A stretch of DNA of 64,000 nt from Candidatus Aenigmatarchaeota archaeon (GCA_016187335.1 JACPJW010000001.1:96001-160000); one strand, 5' to 3'. Shown: positions 54,019-63,114, counted from the first letter of the stretch. Numbers and translations are program-made. The notes: generated by a model not told the origin, from the letters alone.

Positions 54019-54420
54019 ATGGACTACAAAGAACTTCTGAAAAAAGCCCGCGCGAACCTGCCCGTGAAAAAGGGCGACGCCAGGTTTGAGATGCCGCGCG
54101 CCAGCGTGCTTATAACGGGCCGCCTGACTACCGTGAAGAATTTTTCGGACTTGGCCAAGATTTTGAGGCGTGATGCGAAGCATGTATCAAAATATTTATT
54201 CAAGGAGCTGGCAGTTCCGGGGGACATCAAGGGCGGCGAGCTCGTGCTGCAGGGAAAGTTTTCCTCGTCCGTGATCAACGGCAAGATAGAGAACTACGCT
54301 GAGGAGTTCGTCTACTGCCACGAGTGCGGCAAGCCCGACACGGTGGTTGTGAAAACAGACAGGATTGAGCAGATAAAATGCGAGGCGTGCGGCGCTCGCA
54401 GGCCTGCGCGCCATATCTGA
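54019..54420 (+). CDS. eif2b: Translation initiation factor 2 beta subunit
   Basis: RFEMP, ELAVPG, VYCHECGKPDT, CEACGA. Confidence 0.93.
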   Translation: MDYKELLKKARANLPVKKGDARFEMPRASVLITGRLTTVKNFSDLAKILRRDAKHVSKYLFKELAVPGDIKGGELVLQGKFSSSVINGKIENYAEEFVYCHECGKPDTVVVKTDRIEQIKCEACGARRPARHI

Positions 54421-54442
54421 AGAACATGAATTTTGGCGGAAG

Positions 54443-54748
54443 ATGGTTCCGATGTTTGACTATAAGGTATTCAGGGCCGGCAGCGATGTCCTGGTTGCAA
54501 TAGCCGATTCTTCTATAGTAGGGAAAAAATTTTCCGAGGGCGGCCTGGAACTGGAAGTGAAAAGGGATTTTTACGGCGGCATGAAATGCGATGAAAGGAA
54601 AGCTGTGAAAATCGTGAATTCAGCCACTATCGTCAATGCAGTCGGCAAGGATATCGTATCGCTGCTGCTGAAGAAAGGCTTTGTGGACGGCGACAAGGTC
54701 ATCAAGGTGCAGAAAATACCGCATGCCCAGATAGTTGTGGTGAAGTGA
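54443..54748 (+). CDS. DUF424-family protein
   Basis: VAIAD..IVGK, FYGG, ATIVNAVG, IPHAQ. Confidence 0.85.
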   Translation: MVPMFDYKVFRAGSDVLVAIADSSIVGKKFSEGGLELEVKRDFYGGMKCDERKAVKIVNSATIVNAVGKDIVSLLLKKGFVDGDKVIKVQKIPHAQIVVVK

Positions 54749-54753
54749 GTAAA

Positions 54754-55674
54754 TTATTCAACTTGAATTTCCGGAGCCTTGGATTCTTCATATAATTCAT
54801 TCAGATACATATTCGGGCCGCCCAGTATTCCCGCAACACGACTAAAGGCGGTTACAGGATCTTTAGGATCTACTTCGCCTTTGTACCATTTCATGTGGTG
54901 AGTTTTTTCCCAGTTGTATCTATGTTCGGATATTCCTGATTTTAGCAAGATTCTTCTTGCAAGCTCGGGATTTTCACCCTCCGATAGAAAAATCAAAGTC
55001 GTTACTGCGCTTTCATAATGCAACCCAGCTGTCCCAATAGGCTCTATCTGAGCTGCTACTTGCCTTAGTCCGTCTTTACTGCGCTCGGGATTAACAACGG
55101 GCTTTCCGACATCTTTCAACTGCGGCGTAAACCTTTCAGCCAGTTCAATTATTCTTCCTGCAGGGGTCTGTGGATGACCATCAGCGATTTCTTGCAGAAG
55201 CCTTCTATACATAGTTGCGGCTCTGAAACATCTTGCATTGTCCCTGACGTGATGATTAAGGCAAGGTTCAAGATTGTAATCAATTCGCAAACATGAATCT
55301 TCTCTTGCTAATTGATAAAATTCATTTCCTTTAGGTTCAAGGACATGGGACTCGTGCGGCAATAAAACAATATGAGAAAGCATCATAATACTCATTTTGT
55401 CCGAAGCATCTTCGTCAAAAAATACTACGCCTCGATATTCTCCGGTCTTGCATCCAAGACACAAGTCACTTACATGAATCCCTCCATACGATTCGAGTTG
55501 TTCTGCTGGAATGACACCAGGAAAAGTATAACGTCTTCCAAAAGGTTCAACCGTGCTTTTTGTTTGGAATCGCCCAAACCCCGCAGGACCCCAAGAAGTT
55601 TGCGTGGTTCCATCTTTTCCGCAATGAAGGCATGCAAGATTCTTTATAAGATGAACGTAGTCTATGGCGCTCAT
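54754..55674 (-). CDS. Hypothetical protein with two CxxC pairs (ORFan)
   Basis: CLHC...CLGC; 306 aa. Confidence 0.6.
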   Translation of the reverse strand: MSAIDYVHLIKNLACLHCGKDGTTQTSWGPAGFGRFQTKSTVEPFGRRYTFPGVIPAEQLESYGGIHVSDLCLGCKTGEYRGVVFFDEDASDKMSIMMLSHIVLLPHESHVLEPKGNEFYQLAREDSCLRIDYNLEPCLNHHVRDNARCFRAATMYRRLLQEIADGHPQTPAGRIIELAERFTPQLKDVGKPVVNPERSKDGLRQVAAQIEPIGTAGLHYESAVTTLIFLSEGENPELARRILLKSGISEHRYNWEKTHHMKWYKGEVDPKDPVTAFSRVAGILGGPNMYLNELYEESKAPEIQVE

Positions 55675-55756
55675 AAAACTTCCTTAATACTAATACCTCT
55701 TAGCTTAAATTCGTGAAATAATAGATGGAATCAATTACAAAGATATCACAAATAAA

Positions 55757-56119
55757 TCACGTCGTGAACGTCTCGGTCTTCTTCGCCCTGTTCGAGGAAA
55801 TGCCCAGCGTTATGGTGTATTTTTTCTGGGCGCAGTCCGCGGCAGAAAAGGAAACGTCTTCTATGTATCCCAAGGACGCCATCTTCCTTTTTGTGTAATA
55901 AATGGCTTCACTGAGGTTTTTTTCGATGCCCGCGCAGTCCGGCGGCGAGCTGCTCACAGAGTTTTCCAGCACCGTCTTCACGTTCTCGAAATAGAATGCC
56001 TCCGAAGACGTTCCTGTCGGCAGAAAATCTATTGCAGAATAGTCCCTGAGCAGGCCGGAAAGAACGACAAAAAACGACGTTATGACGACGGCGGAAATTA
56101 TGAACCACTGGCCTTTCAT
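55757..56119 (-). CDS. Type IV pilin-like protein (class III signal peptide)
   Basis: MKG/QWFIISAVVITSFFVVL: basic-Gly cleavage site, Gln +1 and a hydrophobic helix. Confidence 0.6.
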   Translation of the reverse strand: MKGQWFIISAVVITSFFVVLSGLLRDYSAIDFLPTGTSSEAFYFENVKTVLENSVSSSPPDCAGIEKNLSEAIYYTKRKMASLGYIEDVSFSAADCAQKKYTITLGISSNRAKKTETFTT

Positions 56120-56143
56120 GGAAAACTAATTGGCTGCGCGGCT

Positions 56144-57247
56144 TTAATGCTTTTTGCTGAAACTGATTATTTCTTCCGCCTCGCCTTCTTCCAGAGAAAA
56201 CTTCTCCGCCAGGGCGGCATTCTTGCGGAGCAGCGCGGAAACAAGCGGAATATAGCTCCTTGCCTTTTTTCTTGATGTGCCGAGCGCCGAGGCGATTTTT
56301 TCCAGTGCATCATTGCCTTTGCCCGCATAGAACCTCCGCGGCGGCTGGTATCTGGTAAAGCCGGCGTAAGCTTTTTTCTTGCTCAATGAAACGCCAAAAG
56401 CCGCGAGGTCGTATGCAAACTTCTGCAGGCTCCACGACTGCCTTTTTATTATCCTTGCTGAGAACAAATCCGACTTTGAAAGGTAGTCATAAGCAGCGGC
56501 GATTTCATCTTCGCTCCTGTATTCGTTAGCTATGTTCTCCTGCAGCCACGGTATCACGCTCTCTCCCGCGCTGCGCATTGCTTCGGAAACCGCGGAAATG
56601 CTCTTTGTCTTGAAAATTGTTCTCATAACAGCAAAAATATTTTCCTCGAAATCGCGCCGGCTTTCGCCTGAAAACAAATCAATAATGGCCGCGCGCAGGT
56701 CGCCGTTGCAGTTAACCGCTATCCTCCTTATCGCCTTCATCTCCATATCCATTTTTTCCAAAACAGCTACCTTCCTCAGGAAGTATTCAACGTCGTCAGC
56801 GGCGATCCTCTCGTATTTGACAAGAACGCAGCATTCGCGCAGCGCCCTCAATTTTTGCTCGTAAGCGTCGGTGGCGATGACAATCACAGGGAATTCGCTT
56901 TCCTGTACGAGGCCCTTTATGGCGGCGGCGGAATCCAGCGCTTCCGCGTCGTCTATGACAAACAGCTTTTTCTTGTAAAAAATGCTCCTCTGCTTCGCCG
57001 CCTTGAGCAGGGTTTCCTTTATGGCAGAAGCGCTCCTGATGTCGGAAGCGTAGCTCTCCACGAGCTCGCAGCCAAGCTCCTTTGCTATGAGCTTTACGGA
57101 CAAGGATTTGCCGACGCCCGGCGGACCGTAAAGAAGAAGCCCCTTTCCTTTCTTCCAGTTTTTCACCCATCGCAATATTCCGGCGGCCTGCTGCCTGTTG
57201 CCAGCAAAATCCTTGAGCGACATGGGCTCGTATTTCCGGAGGAGCAT
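56144..57247 (-). CDS. rfcL: Replication factor C large subunit
   Basis: KYEP, GPPGVGKS, E..ASD.RS, GDLRAAI. Confidence 0.88.
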   Translation of the reverse strand: MLLRKYEPMSLKDFAGNRQQAAGILRWVKNWKKGKGLLLYGPPGVGKSLSVKLIAKELGCELVESYASDIRSASAIKETLLKAAKQRSIFYKKKLFVIDDAEALDSAAAIKGLVQESEFPVIVIATDAYEQKLRALRECCVLVKYERIAADDVEYFLRKVAVLEKMDMEMKAIRRIAVNCNGDLRAAIIDLFSGESRRDFEENIFAVMRTIFKTKSISAVSEAMRSAGESVIPWLQENIANEYRSEDEIAAAYDYLSKSDLFSARIIKRQSWSLQKFAYDLAAFGVSLSKKKAYAGFTRYQPPRRFYAGKGNDALEKIASALGTSRKKARSYIPLVSALLRKNAALAEKFSLEEGEAEEIISFSKKH

Positions 57248-57297
57248 GCTTTTCCTTTGGGAAGAATTTATAAAAAGAAGGTACACTGCAACTGCAT

Positions 57298-57999
57298 CTA
57301 CGCTGTTTTCTCGATTGCATCTGCCAGTTCATCACGAAGGGGGAAAATTCCATGTGAAAGATTTTCTGTCATTTCATCGATGAAGGGTGTTCGTCTTTCC
57401 TCTTGGCGTGCAATGATTTCATCTAGATGCCTTGTCGCCTCCTTGTCGCCAGCCATCTCCCTTCTTATTAAATCTTCTGCAAAATCACCTGTATATTCAG
57501 CGCCACAAATGTAAACGTCATATGCTTCGAGACTTTCTTCGATTTCGCCGAGCCTTAGCCTGACGTGAACAAGCCCGGCTCTGTCAGTTAAAATCGTCTC
57601 GGGCAATCTTCTGTTTTCAAGCCAATGGCGGGGGAAGCGTCTCCATGCTGGATTTCCAAGTCTTCTTATTGAATAAGAGGAGCAAGCCATTCCAGCCAGT
57701 TCATATCTCTGGTAAAGATGCCAGCTGGAATAAAAAACTTCGGTTGCTCTCCCCCATATCGCCGCTATATCCAGCGGACCCAAGCTGAAATCTCCTATGT
57801 CCTCAATCGCATCAGCAAGGAACCCGTAACTTCTTCTGACAAAAGAATATAATTCGTTGTTATGCTTAATTTTCAAAGACTTATCATTGAGCTGCTGGAT
57901 TATCGGCAGATGAGCGTCAATAACAGAAATCACCGGGTGCTGTCCGTACGCCCCCTCCCTTCGCGCTGCCTGCTCTATAAGCTCTCTCGTAAGTTCCAT
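57298..57999 (-). CDS. Hypothetical protein (ORFan)
   Basis: 233-aa ORF; no motif recognised. Confidence 0.6.
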   Translation of the reverse strand: MELTRELIEQAARREGAYGQHPVISVIDAHLPIIQQLNDKSLKIKHNNELYSFVRRSYGFLADAIEDIGDFSLGPLDIAAIWGRATEVFYSSWHLYQRYELAGMACSSYSIRRLGNPAWRRFPRHWLENRRLPETILTDRAGLVHVRLRLGEIEESLEAYDVYICGAEYTGDFAEDLIRREMAGDKEATRHLDEIIARQEERRTPFIDEMTENLSHGIFPLRDELADAIEKTA

Positions 58000-58029
58000 A
58001 GCAATCTGAAATCTCTGAAGGATTTAAAT

Positions 58030-58521
58030 TCAGAACCTGTATTCCTCCAACTTGTATATCTTTGATACGATGACTTCCTTCCAGTCGCCTATCAGGCCGC
58101 CGAATTTCTCGCGGAACTCCAGCTTCATGGTTTCGAACTCGCGCGCATCTTTGGCAAGAAAAACTATGTACAAATCATAATCGCCGAGCATGGCCATGAG
58201 GTCGATGACCCTCGGATTCTTTTTCATCGCGTCGATCAGCGCCTCGTACTTCTCCTTGTCTATGTCCTTCAGCTTGATGTAGACATGCACGGCGAAGCCG
58301 ATGCCTATTTTGCCCGGATCCGGCTCTATCGTATATCGCCTTATCACCCCGATGCGCTCAAGCTTTGCTATGCGCTTCTTCGTGGAATCAACGGAAAGAC
58401 CTATGTCACCGGCGATTTTTGTCAGTTTTGAGCGTGCATTTTCGCCTAAAATGTTCAGGATGCGCCTGTCTTTCTCGTCCAGGTGCCTTATTTTCTCCGA
58501 TTCCTCTTCATTTTTGACCAT
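58030..58521 (-). CDS. Lrp/AsnC transcriptional regulator
   Basis: LDEKDRRIL..L.ENAR...IA..IGLS..ST..RI.KLE..GVI; C-terminal RAM domain LGDYDL. Confidence 0.92.
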   Translation of the reverse strand: MVKNEEESEKIRHLDEKDRRILNILGENARSKLTKIAGDIGLSVDSTKKRIAKLERIGVIRRYTIEPDPGKIGIGFAVHVYIKLKDIDKEKYEALIDAMKKNPRVIDLMAMLGDYDLYIVFLAKDAREFETMKLEFREKFGGLIGDWKEVIVSKIYKLEEYRF

Positions 58522-58548
58522 ATTTATCTTATAAATTAAGATAAATAT
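58520..58548. promoter_or_regulatory. Perfect 12-bp inverted repeat at the Lrp start, candidate operator
   Basis: ATATTTATCTTA-TAAAT-TAAGATAAATAT in a divergent promoter region. Confidence 0.5.
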
Positions 58549-58617
58549 TTAAAGAAATTCCTATTTTTTAAGACATTTTTCGTTAAAAGGCTTAATACTT
58601 TCACATACTACTATATA

Positions 58618-58821
58618 GTGGTGATAATAATGATATTTGGTTTCATGGAAAGCGCTCCCCTGAAAGAGGTCAGGCAGAGCAGGCTTAATCCTCCTGCTGT
58701 TTTCAGGAAAAAGAATGAGGATTGTTCGGGCTGCGTTGACGTTTTTGATTTCAGCCTGAACGGAAGCGGGGCTGTCTTCAGGACAGTAACCTGCGGGTAC
58801 CACGGTGAGGGATTAAAGTGA
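58618..58821 (+). CDS. Small hypothetical protein with CxxC and CxxH (ORFan)
   Basis: CSGC...CGYH; overlaps the next ORF. Confidence 0.4.
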   Translation: MVIIMIFGFMESAPLKEVRQSRLNPPAVFRKKNEDCSGCVDVFDFSLNGSGAVFRTVTCGYHGEGLK

Positions 58822-59087
58822 TGTTCTTCCTTGGTTATGCAGTTGGAATTAACGGGCAACCGCAAGAACCATTATTCAAAGGCCGATTAGCAGAGTCGTT
58901 GGTCAGAGGGGCATTGATTGGGCTCAGGCGGGGTCTGGAACAGGGTCATGAACCATCGGAAATTGAAAGTTATCTTGTCTTCGAAAAAGAAAACGGAGAA
59001 AGATTTTACAAGGTATTGTTCCAATCAGAAGTCCAACCAAAGAATCCCGGGTACAAAAGTAGAGACCATTGCGGGTACGGGTTATAG
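58818..59087 (+). CDS. Hypothetical protein (ORFan)
   Basis: 89 aa, overlapping both neighbours. Confidence 0.4.
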   Translation: MMFFLGYAVGINGQPQEPLFKGRLAESLVRGALIGLRRGLEQGHEPSEIESYLVFEKENGERFYKVLFQSEVQPKNPGYKSRDHCGYGL

Positions 59088-59488
59088 TCATGACAGAATA
59101 TTTCTCACAGTCCAAAAGCGTCAGGGAAACAGCTGGCAGGTTAGGTATCTCGTCGTACGAAGAAGCGGCAGCTGGATTAAACGGGGCACAAAGGCGTCTG
59201 CGCGAAATAGATAGTGAAATCAACAGGCTTCAGCGTCTCAAATCCGCAGCGATAGGCCAAGTTCGGGATTACCATTTCTGCTCGCGCCTGCGTGATTACA
59301 GGGAAGCTGTAATAAGAGAGCTTGATGGAAAGGACCCGAGGCAAATGGACGAGCAGGAACGTGCTGCGTTGCAAAACTCTGTGAAGATTCGCGCTTACGA
59401 ACATGGCTTCGACGTCTTCGGCATGGAACAGCGAAGAATGCGGGAAAAGCTCGCGAGCAGGTTGAGCGTGACGGACAAGAGGAAATAA
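59069..59488 (+). CDS. Hypothetical coiled-coil protein (ORFan)
   Basis: HTH-like start (VRETAGRLGIS) followed by a coiled coil. Confidence 0.5.
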   Translation: MRVRVIVMTEYFSQSKSVRETAGRLGISSYEEAAAGLNGAQRRLREIDSEINRLQRLKSAAIGQVRDYHFCSRLRDYREAVIRELDGKDPRQMDEQERAALQNSVKIRAYEHGFDVFGMEQRRMREKLASRLSVTDKRK

Positions 59489-59608
59489 AACAGTAAAGAG
59501 AATGTGAAACGGCAAGGCAATTGCAGAAACGATAGGAATATTTTACCGGTTTTTTCTTTCCGTTTATTCCGCAATCATTATTTAAGATTTCATCGCGATT
59601 TATTCAAC

Positions 59609-59821
59609 ATGCGCAGGCAGGCAAAGAAAATAGAAATAAAAAACGCCATGAAATGCGGGCGCTGCGAGCTTTCATTCAAGAGCATGCTCGCGCTGAAGAG
59701 GCACAGCCACGTGCATCTGGACGACATGCAGGAACTGAGGCTGCTGCAGGAAGGCCACAAGCCCGTGGAAACGAAGTTCGGCGGGATTTTCAAGGGGAAA
59801 AATAAGGTTATAATAAGTTAA
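59609..59821 (+). CDS. C2H2 zinc-finger protein
   Basis: KCGRCELSFKSMLALKRHSHVH. Confidence 0.75.
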   Translation: MRRQAKKIEIKNAMKCGRCELSFKSMLALKRHSHVHLDDMQELRLLQEGHKPVETKFGGIFKGKNKVIIS

Positions 59822-59976
59822 TTCTTTGATTAAACTTTCTTTCTAAGAAAGTTTACAAGAACAGGGTTATTATAAGCTAATTCTTTTGGTGCAACTTTTC
59901 CTAAAAGTTGCTTTGATTAAACTTTGGATTTACTGGCCACAAGTCTCTTTTGGTGCAACTTTGGAGAAGCAAATTG
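59822..59976. repeat. Family-1 palindrome cluster containing a recoded orphan copy of the C2H2 gene 3' end (59857-59880)
   Basis: Modules at 59824-59856, 59883-59910, 59911-59927 and 59947-59976. AAG AAC AGG GTT ATT ATA AGC TAA versus AAA AAT AAG GTT ATA ATA AGT TAA. Confidence 0.85.
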
Positions 59977-59977
59977 C

Positions 59978-60730
59978 TTAGTGACCGCCGTATTTGAATA
60001 ATGCAGTCATGTATATTTTTTCTAATTTAGGTATCTCTTCTCTGGGAAGACGTAACTCCAATGCTTCAAGCGTTCTGCTCATTGACCTGTATCTTACTGT
60101 ATCCCTTATGAAAGGCTTGAATCCTTCTTTGCCGTCATGAGGGCTGACATAATATCTGTTTACAAGATCGCCGAATGCAAGCGCCTCCCGATAAGGCGTT
60201 GTCGTCTCTATTTCTCTTCTTCCATTACCATCTTCATTAAGCCAGCCGCCGTATTCTGCGTATGTCTCCATGAAAAGCGTTGCTAGTGGTTGCGGAACAT
60301 CAGCGCTTTTCAAAAGTCTTCTGGACCTGACATGCCTAGTTTCGTGGTCCGTGACTCTTTGAGGGCGTAAGTGAGAAGGTAAACGTCTATTGAAACCCAT
60401 CACAGGAACTTTCACAGCATCTCTAATTGGGTCGTACTGGAAGCCTGTGACGCCTGGCGGACCGTTTTCATATACTACAACGGGTACTCTACTGTTTTCA
60501 GGTTTATCACCCACGCCAAGGTCATCTTCTTGGTTTATCTTCCTGAAAGACCTTTCTACGCTTGATCTAACATCATAAGGCAAACCGCTTGTATCCAGAG
60601 AAGGCATAAGGAGTCCGCGCAGCATTCCTCTTAATCTGAATCCGGGCATCATGAGCGTAAGTTCGTCCACTAATTCCTGCACGCTTGTCCCGCCCCTGTA
60701 GTCCGAAATGCTTCCTCTCATCCAAATCAC
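59978..60730 (-). CDS. Hypothetical protein with an HExxH zincin motif (ORFan)
   Basis: DHETRH with a downstream ETYAE. Confidence 0.55.
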   Translation of the reverse strand: MIWMRGSISDYRGGTSVQELVDELTLMMPGFRLRGMLRGLLMPSLDTSGLPYDVRSSVERSFRKINQEDDLGVGDKPENSRVPVVVYENGPPGVTGFQYDPIRDAVKVPVMGFNRRLPSHLRPQRVTDHETRHVRSRRLLKSADVPQPLATLFMETYAEYGGWLNEDGNGRREIETTTPYREALAFGDLVNRYYVSPHDGKEGFKPFIRDTVRYRSMSRTLEALELRLPREEIPKLEKIYMTALFKYGGH

Positions 60731-60798
60731 ATCTATTCCTTGCCGCCCAGCGATTTAAGCTTTTCCCTTTTTAAAGCTATTCCCGGCTCTTTTTTATT

Positions 60799-61446
60799 AT
60801 GGCAAAGCGAAGGCTCCCCTCAGCAGCTAGGCAAAGAGCAGCCGTGCAAAGGCAGCGCCTTGCCCTGGAAAGGCAGAAGCGCCGCCTGGCATTGGCAAGG
60901 CAAAGGCAGCGGCTGTCATCGCAGTACGAAACGGAAGAAAAGCGGGCAAGCAGTGGAAGGCGCGTTTTCATAGCAGGGCTTGCTTTGATACTGGTCATAA
61001 TTTTCCTTTATTTCTTTGTTATGTATCCTGCATTTGTCGCGAAGCCATCTGTGGACAGGTTCCCCCTGGCCGCCGCTTCTGACATTGACAGCGAGCACAT
61101 TAACTGGCTGATAAACGAGGCGGGCGGCTACAAGCTGCACCCCGACTGGTATTTTTTCGGCGAAAGGCCTGAAATAGAAACAGTGATTACGGACCAGGGC
61201 AGGCGCTTCACCACGACGATAATAAACGGCTATCCCGTGACCGTGGAAGCGCCGGCAAAGAATCCGGACATACGCTTCCGCATAAGCAGCGGCGACTTTC
61301 TGCTTCTTTACGCGTCGCCGGACATACTGAAAACAGCGCAGGCCATGAGGAACGAAGGCACCCTGCGCGTTGACTTGCTGAAGAGCGAGTTCGCCCTGAC
61401 CGTGAAGGGCTACCGTGTCATCTATGACAAGCTGCCGTCTCCATGA
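60799..61446 (+). CDS. Membrane-anchored protein with a C-terminal SCP2-like domain
   Basis: R/Q-rich N-terminus, one TM helix, NPDIRFRI...G.LRVDLLK.E..L.VKGY. Confidence 0.55.
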   Translation: MAKRRLPSAARQRAAVQRQRLALERQKRRLALARQRQRLSSQYETEEKRASSGRRVFIAGLALILVIIFLYFFVMYPAFVAKPSVDRFPLAAASDIDSEHINWLINEAGGYKLHPDWYFFGERPEIETVITDQGRRFTTTIINGYPVTVEAPAKNPDIRFRISSGDFLLLYASPDILKTAQAMRNEGTLRVDLLKSEFALTVKGYRVIYDKLPSP

Positions 61447-61468
61447 TTCCTGCGCACAGTGATAAGTT

Positions 61469-61726
61469 ATGGATTTCACTTACAGAATACGCAAGATAAA
61501 CCCGCGGTGGGGATACTCGCAGGCTGATCAGGTCAGAAATTATCTGGAATCCCTTGAGCAGCGCAGGATAGTCGGCGGGATTGTTTTCCTGTCCCCGCAG
61601 CCCGATGGCGATTTCTTTGACGTGACTTTCAGGCTCGGCGACACTTCCAAAGAACCCGAAATAACCCGGAAACTTTTGGAAGTCTACAGCGCGCAAATAA
61701 AGGATGACCCGGACACCAGTGCATAG
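61469..61726 (+). CDS. Hypothetical protein (ORFan)
   Basis: 85-aa ORF. Confidence 0.45.
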   Translation: MDFTYRIRKINPRWGYSQADQVRNYLESLEQRRIVGGIVFLSPQPDGDFFDVTFRLGDTSKEPEITRKLLEVYSAQIKDDPDTSA

Positions 61727-61728
61727 GA

Positions 61729-62454
61729 CTACTTTTTCATTTTCCACAATTCCTTCAGCTCGGACAGGCTCAGCTGGTGCACCTTCTTCTTCGCCATCTC
61801 TGCACGCGCGTCCCTGAACACCTTGCCTGCGTCTCTGTTGCGCTTCGCGTAGGTTATTTTAAGGAATGACCAGAAATCAGTGTTGAGCAATGATTTCTGC
61901 CGTAGTATAATTATAGCGGAATCAACGGCAGGCGGGTAGAAAGCCGTAGCAGGCACAATCCTGACAATATCCGAATCGCAGCAGTCAGCTACAGCAGCAG
62001 CAACCGCCTCCTTCTTCCACAGCTTCTCGGCAAACTCCTTCTGCACGCACAAAACCGCAATGCTCCACTCATGCTGCAGAAGCTCTATCAGCAGCTTCTG
62101 CGACAGCGAGTAGGGTATGTTGGAGATGATTTTGTTGAATGTAAAATACTGCTTGCCGCTCCGCTTTTCTTCCAGCGCCTGCAAGGCGTCGCCGATGATT
62201 ACTTCTGTATTTTCCACCTTTCTCAGCAATGGAAGGAACCGCTTGTCTTCTTCTATCGCAACAACCCCGCATTTCCCCGCTATCTTCCGCGTCAGGTTCC
62301 CGGGCCCCGCGCCGATTTCCAGAACAGCATCAGAAGGCGACAGTCCGGCCAGTTCCACCTCAAAATCAAGAGTGCTGTTATCAGCCAGAAAAAACTGGTC
62401 CTTGCTGCGAAGAGGTTCTATTTTGTGTTCTTTCAGGACGCGTGCGATATCCAT
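61729..62454 (-). CDS. ksgA: 16S rRNA dimethyladenosine transferase KsgA/Dim1
   Basis: DQFFL, VLEIGAGPGNLT, ISNIPYS, FYPP.VDS. Confidence 0.92.
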   Translation of the reverse strand: MDIARVLKEHKIEPLRSKDQFFLADNSTLDFEVELAGLSPSDAVLEIGAGPGNLTRKIAGKCGVVAIEEDKRFLPLLRKVENTEVIIGDALQALEEKRSGKQYFTFNKIISNIPYSLSQKLLIELLQHEWSIAVLCVQKEFAEKLWKKEAVAAAVADCCDSDIVRIVPATAFYPPAVDSAIIILRQKSLLNTDFWSFLKITYAKRNRDAGKVFRDARAEMAKKKVHQLSLSELKELWKMKK

Positions 62455-62496
62455 GGGAGTAGTATTGTTATAAAGTTTTTAACTTGAAACAAAGAT

Positions 62497-62889
62497 TTGG
62501 CGGTTCAGATGGTTTGGTACGTAGGACCGGCTGCAAACGGTACGTTGGTGGAGCTTATTGCCCGGTGGGAACCGAAAGCAAGTGAAATCAGGCTTGTGAG
62601 ACATAGGAGTGTTTATTACATTAGTGTCTTGTACCCGACAGACCTTTCAACATCTTACCTTGAAGTGGGTCCGATATTGTCTTATGTCTGCGTAGGAAGA
62701 CGGGAAGTCGATAATTTGAGCAGAGAAGTAAATGAACTTACTGATCCAAAAGGCGGAATAATACCGGTAGTCAGGCTCTTAAGAGATAAAGATGATAGAA
62801 CAACTAAAATACCAACTTACAAATTTTATGTACCAAGAAAAAGTAAAAGGCTCAAAAAGGTGAGAACTAGGCTTGCTGTACGAAGCTAG
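62497..62889 (+). CDS. Hypothetical protein (ORFan)
   Basis: 130 aa with TTG start. Confidence 0.4.
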   Translation: MAVQMVWYVGPAANGTLVELIARWEPKASEIRLVRHRSVYYISVLYPTDLSTSYLEVGPILSYVCVGRREVDNLSREVNELTDPKGGIIPVVRLLRDKDDRTTKIPTYKFYVPRKSKRLKKVRTRLAVRS

Positions 62890-62910
62890 TTTTCTTTACG
62901 ATCTGCGTCT

Positions 62911-63114
62911 CTAAATCCTGAACTTCGCTATCTTTTCCAGGGTATCTATGTGCGTCATGAAGAGCGCCCTGCAGCAGTAGCTTTTCATCCCTAAATCGTC
63001 CAGGACTTTCCCCGCAGGCTCGCCGCTGGCAACCCTTTGCCTGAACTTCTCGAACATCCCGCCTACAGGGCGGCCGCAACTCATACACCTGACTGGTATT
63101 AAGGTAATTATCAC
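62911..63114 (-). CDS. rpoN: RNA polymerase subunit N (Rpo10)
   Basis: IPVRCMSCG...YCCR. Confidence 0.95.
   Translation of the reverse strand: MIITLIPVRCMSCGRPVGGMFEKFRQRVASGEPAGKVLDDLGMKSYCCRALFMTHIDTLEKIAKFRI

Noticed and set aside
59822-59976. Possible CRISPR array (alternating short repeats)
   Set aside because: The units are degenerate, the spacing is irregular, there are only 2+2 copies, no cas genes are present, and the units match the dispersed family-1 palindrome.
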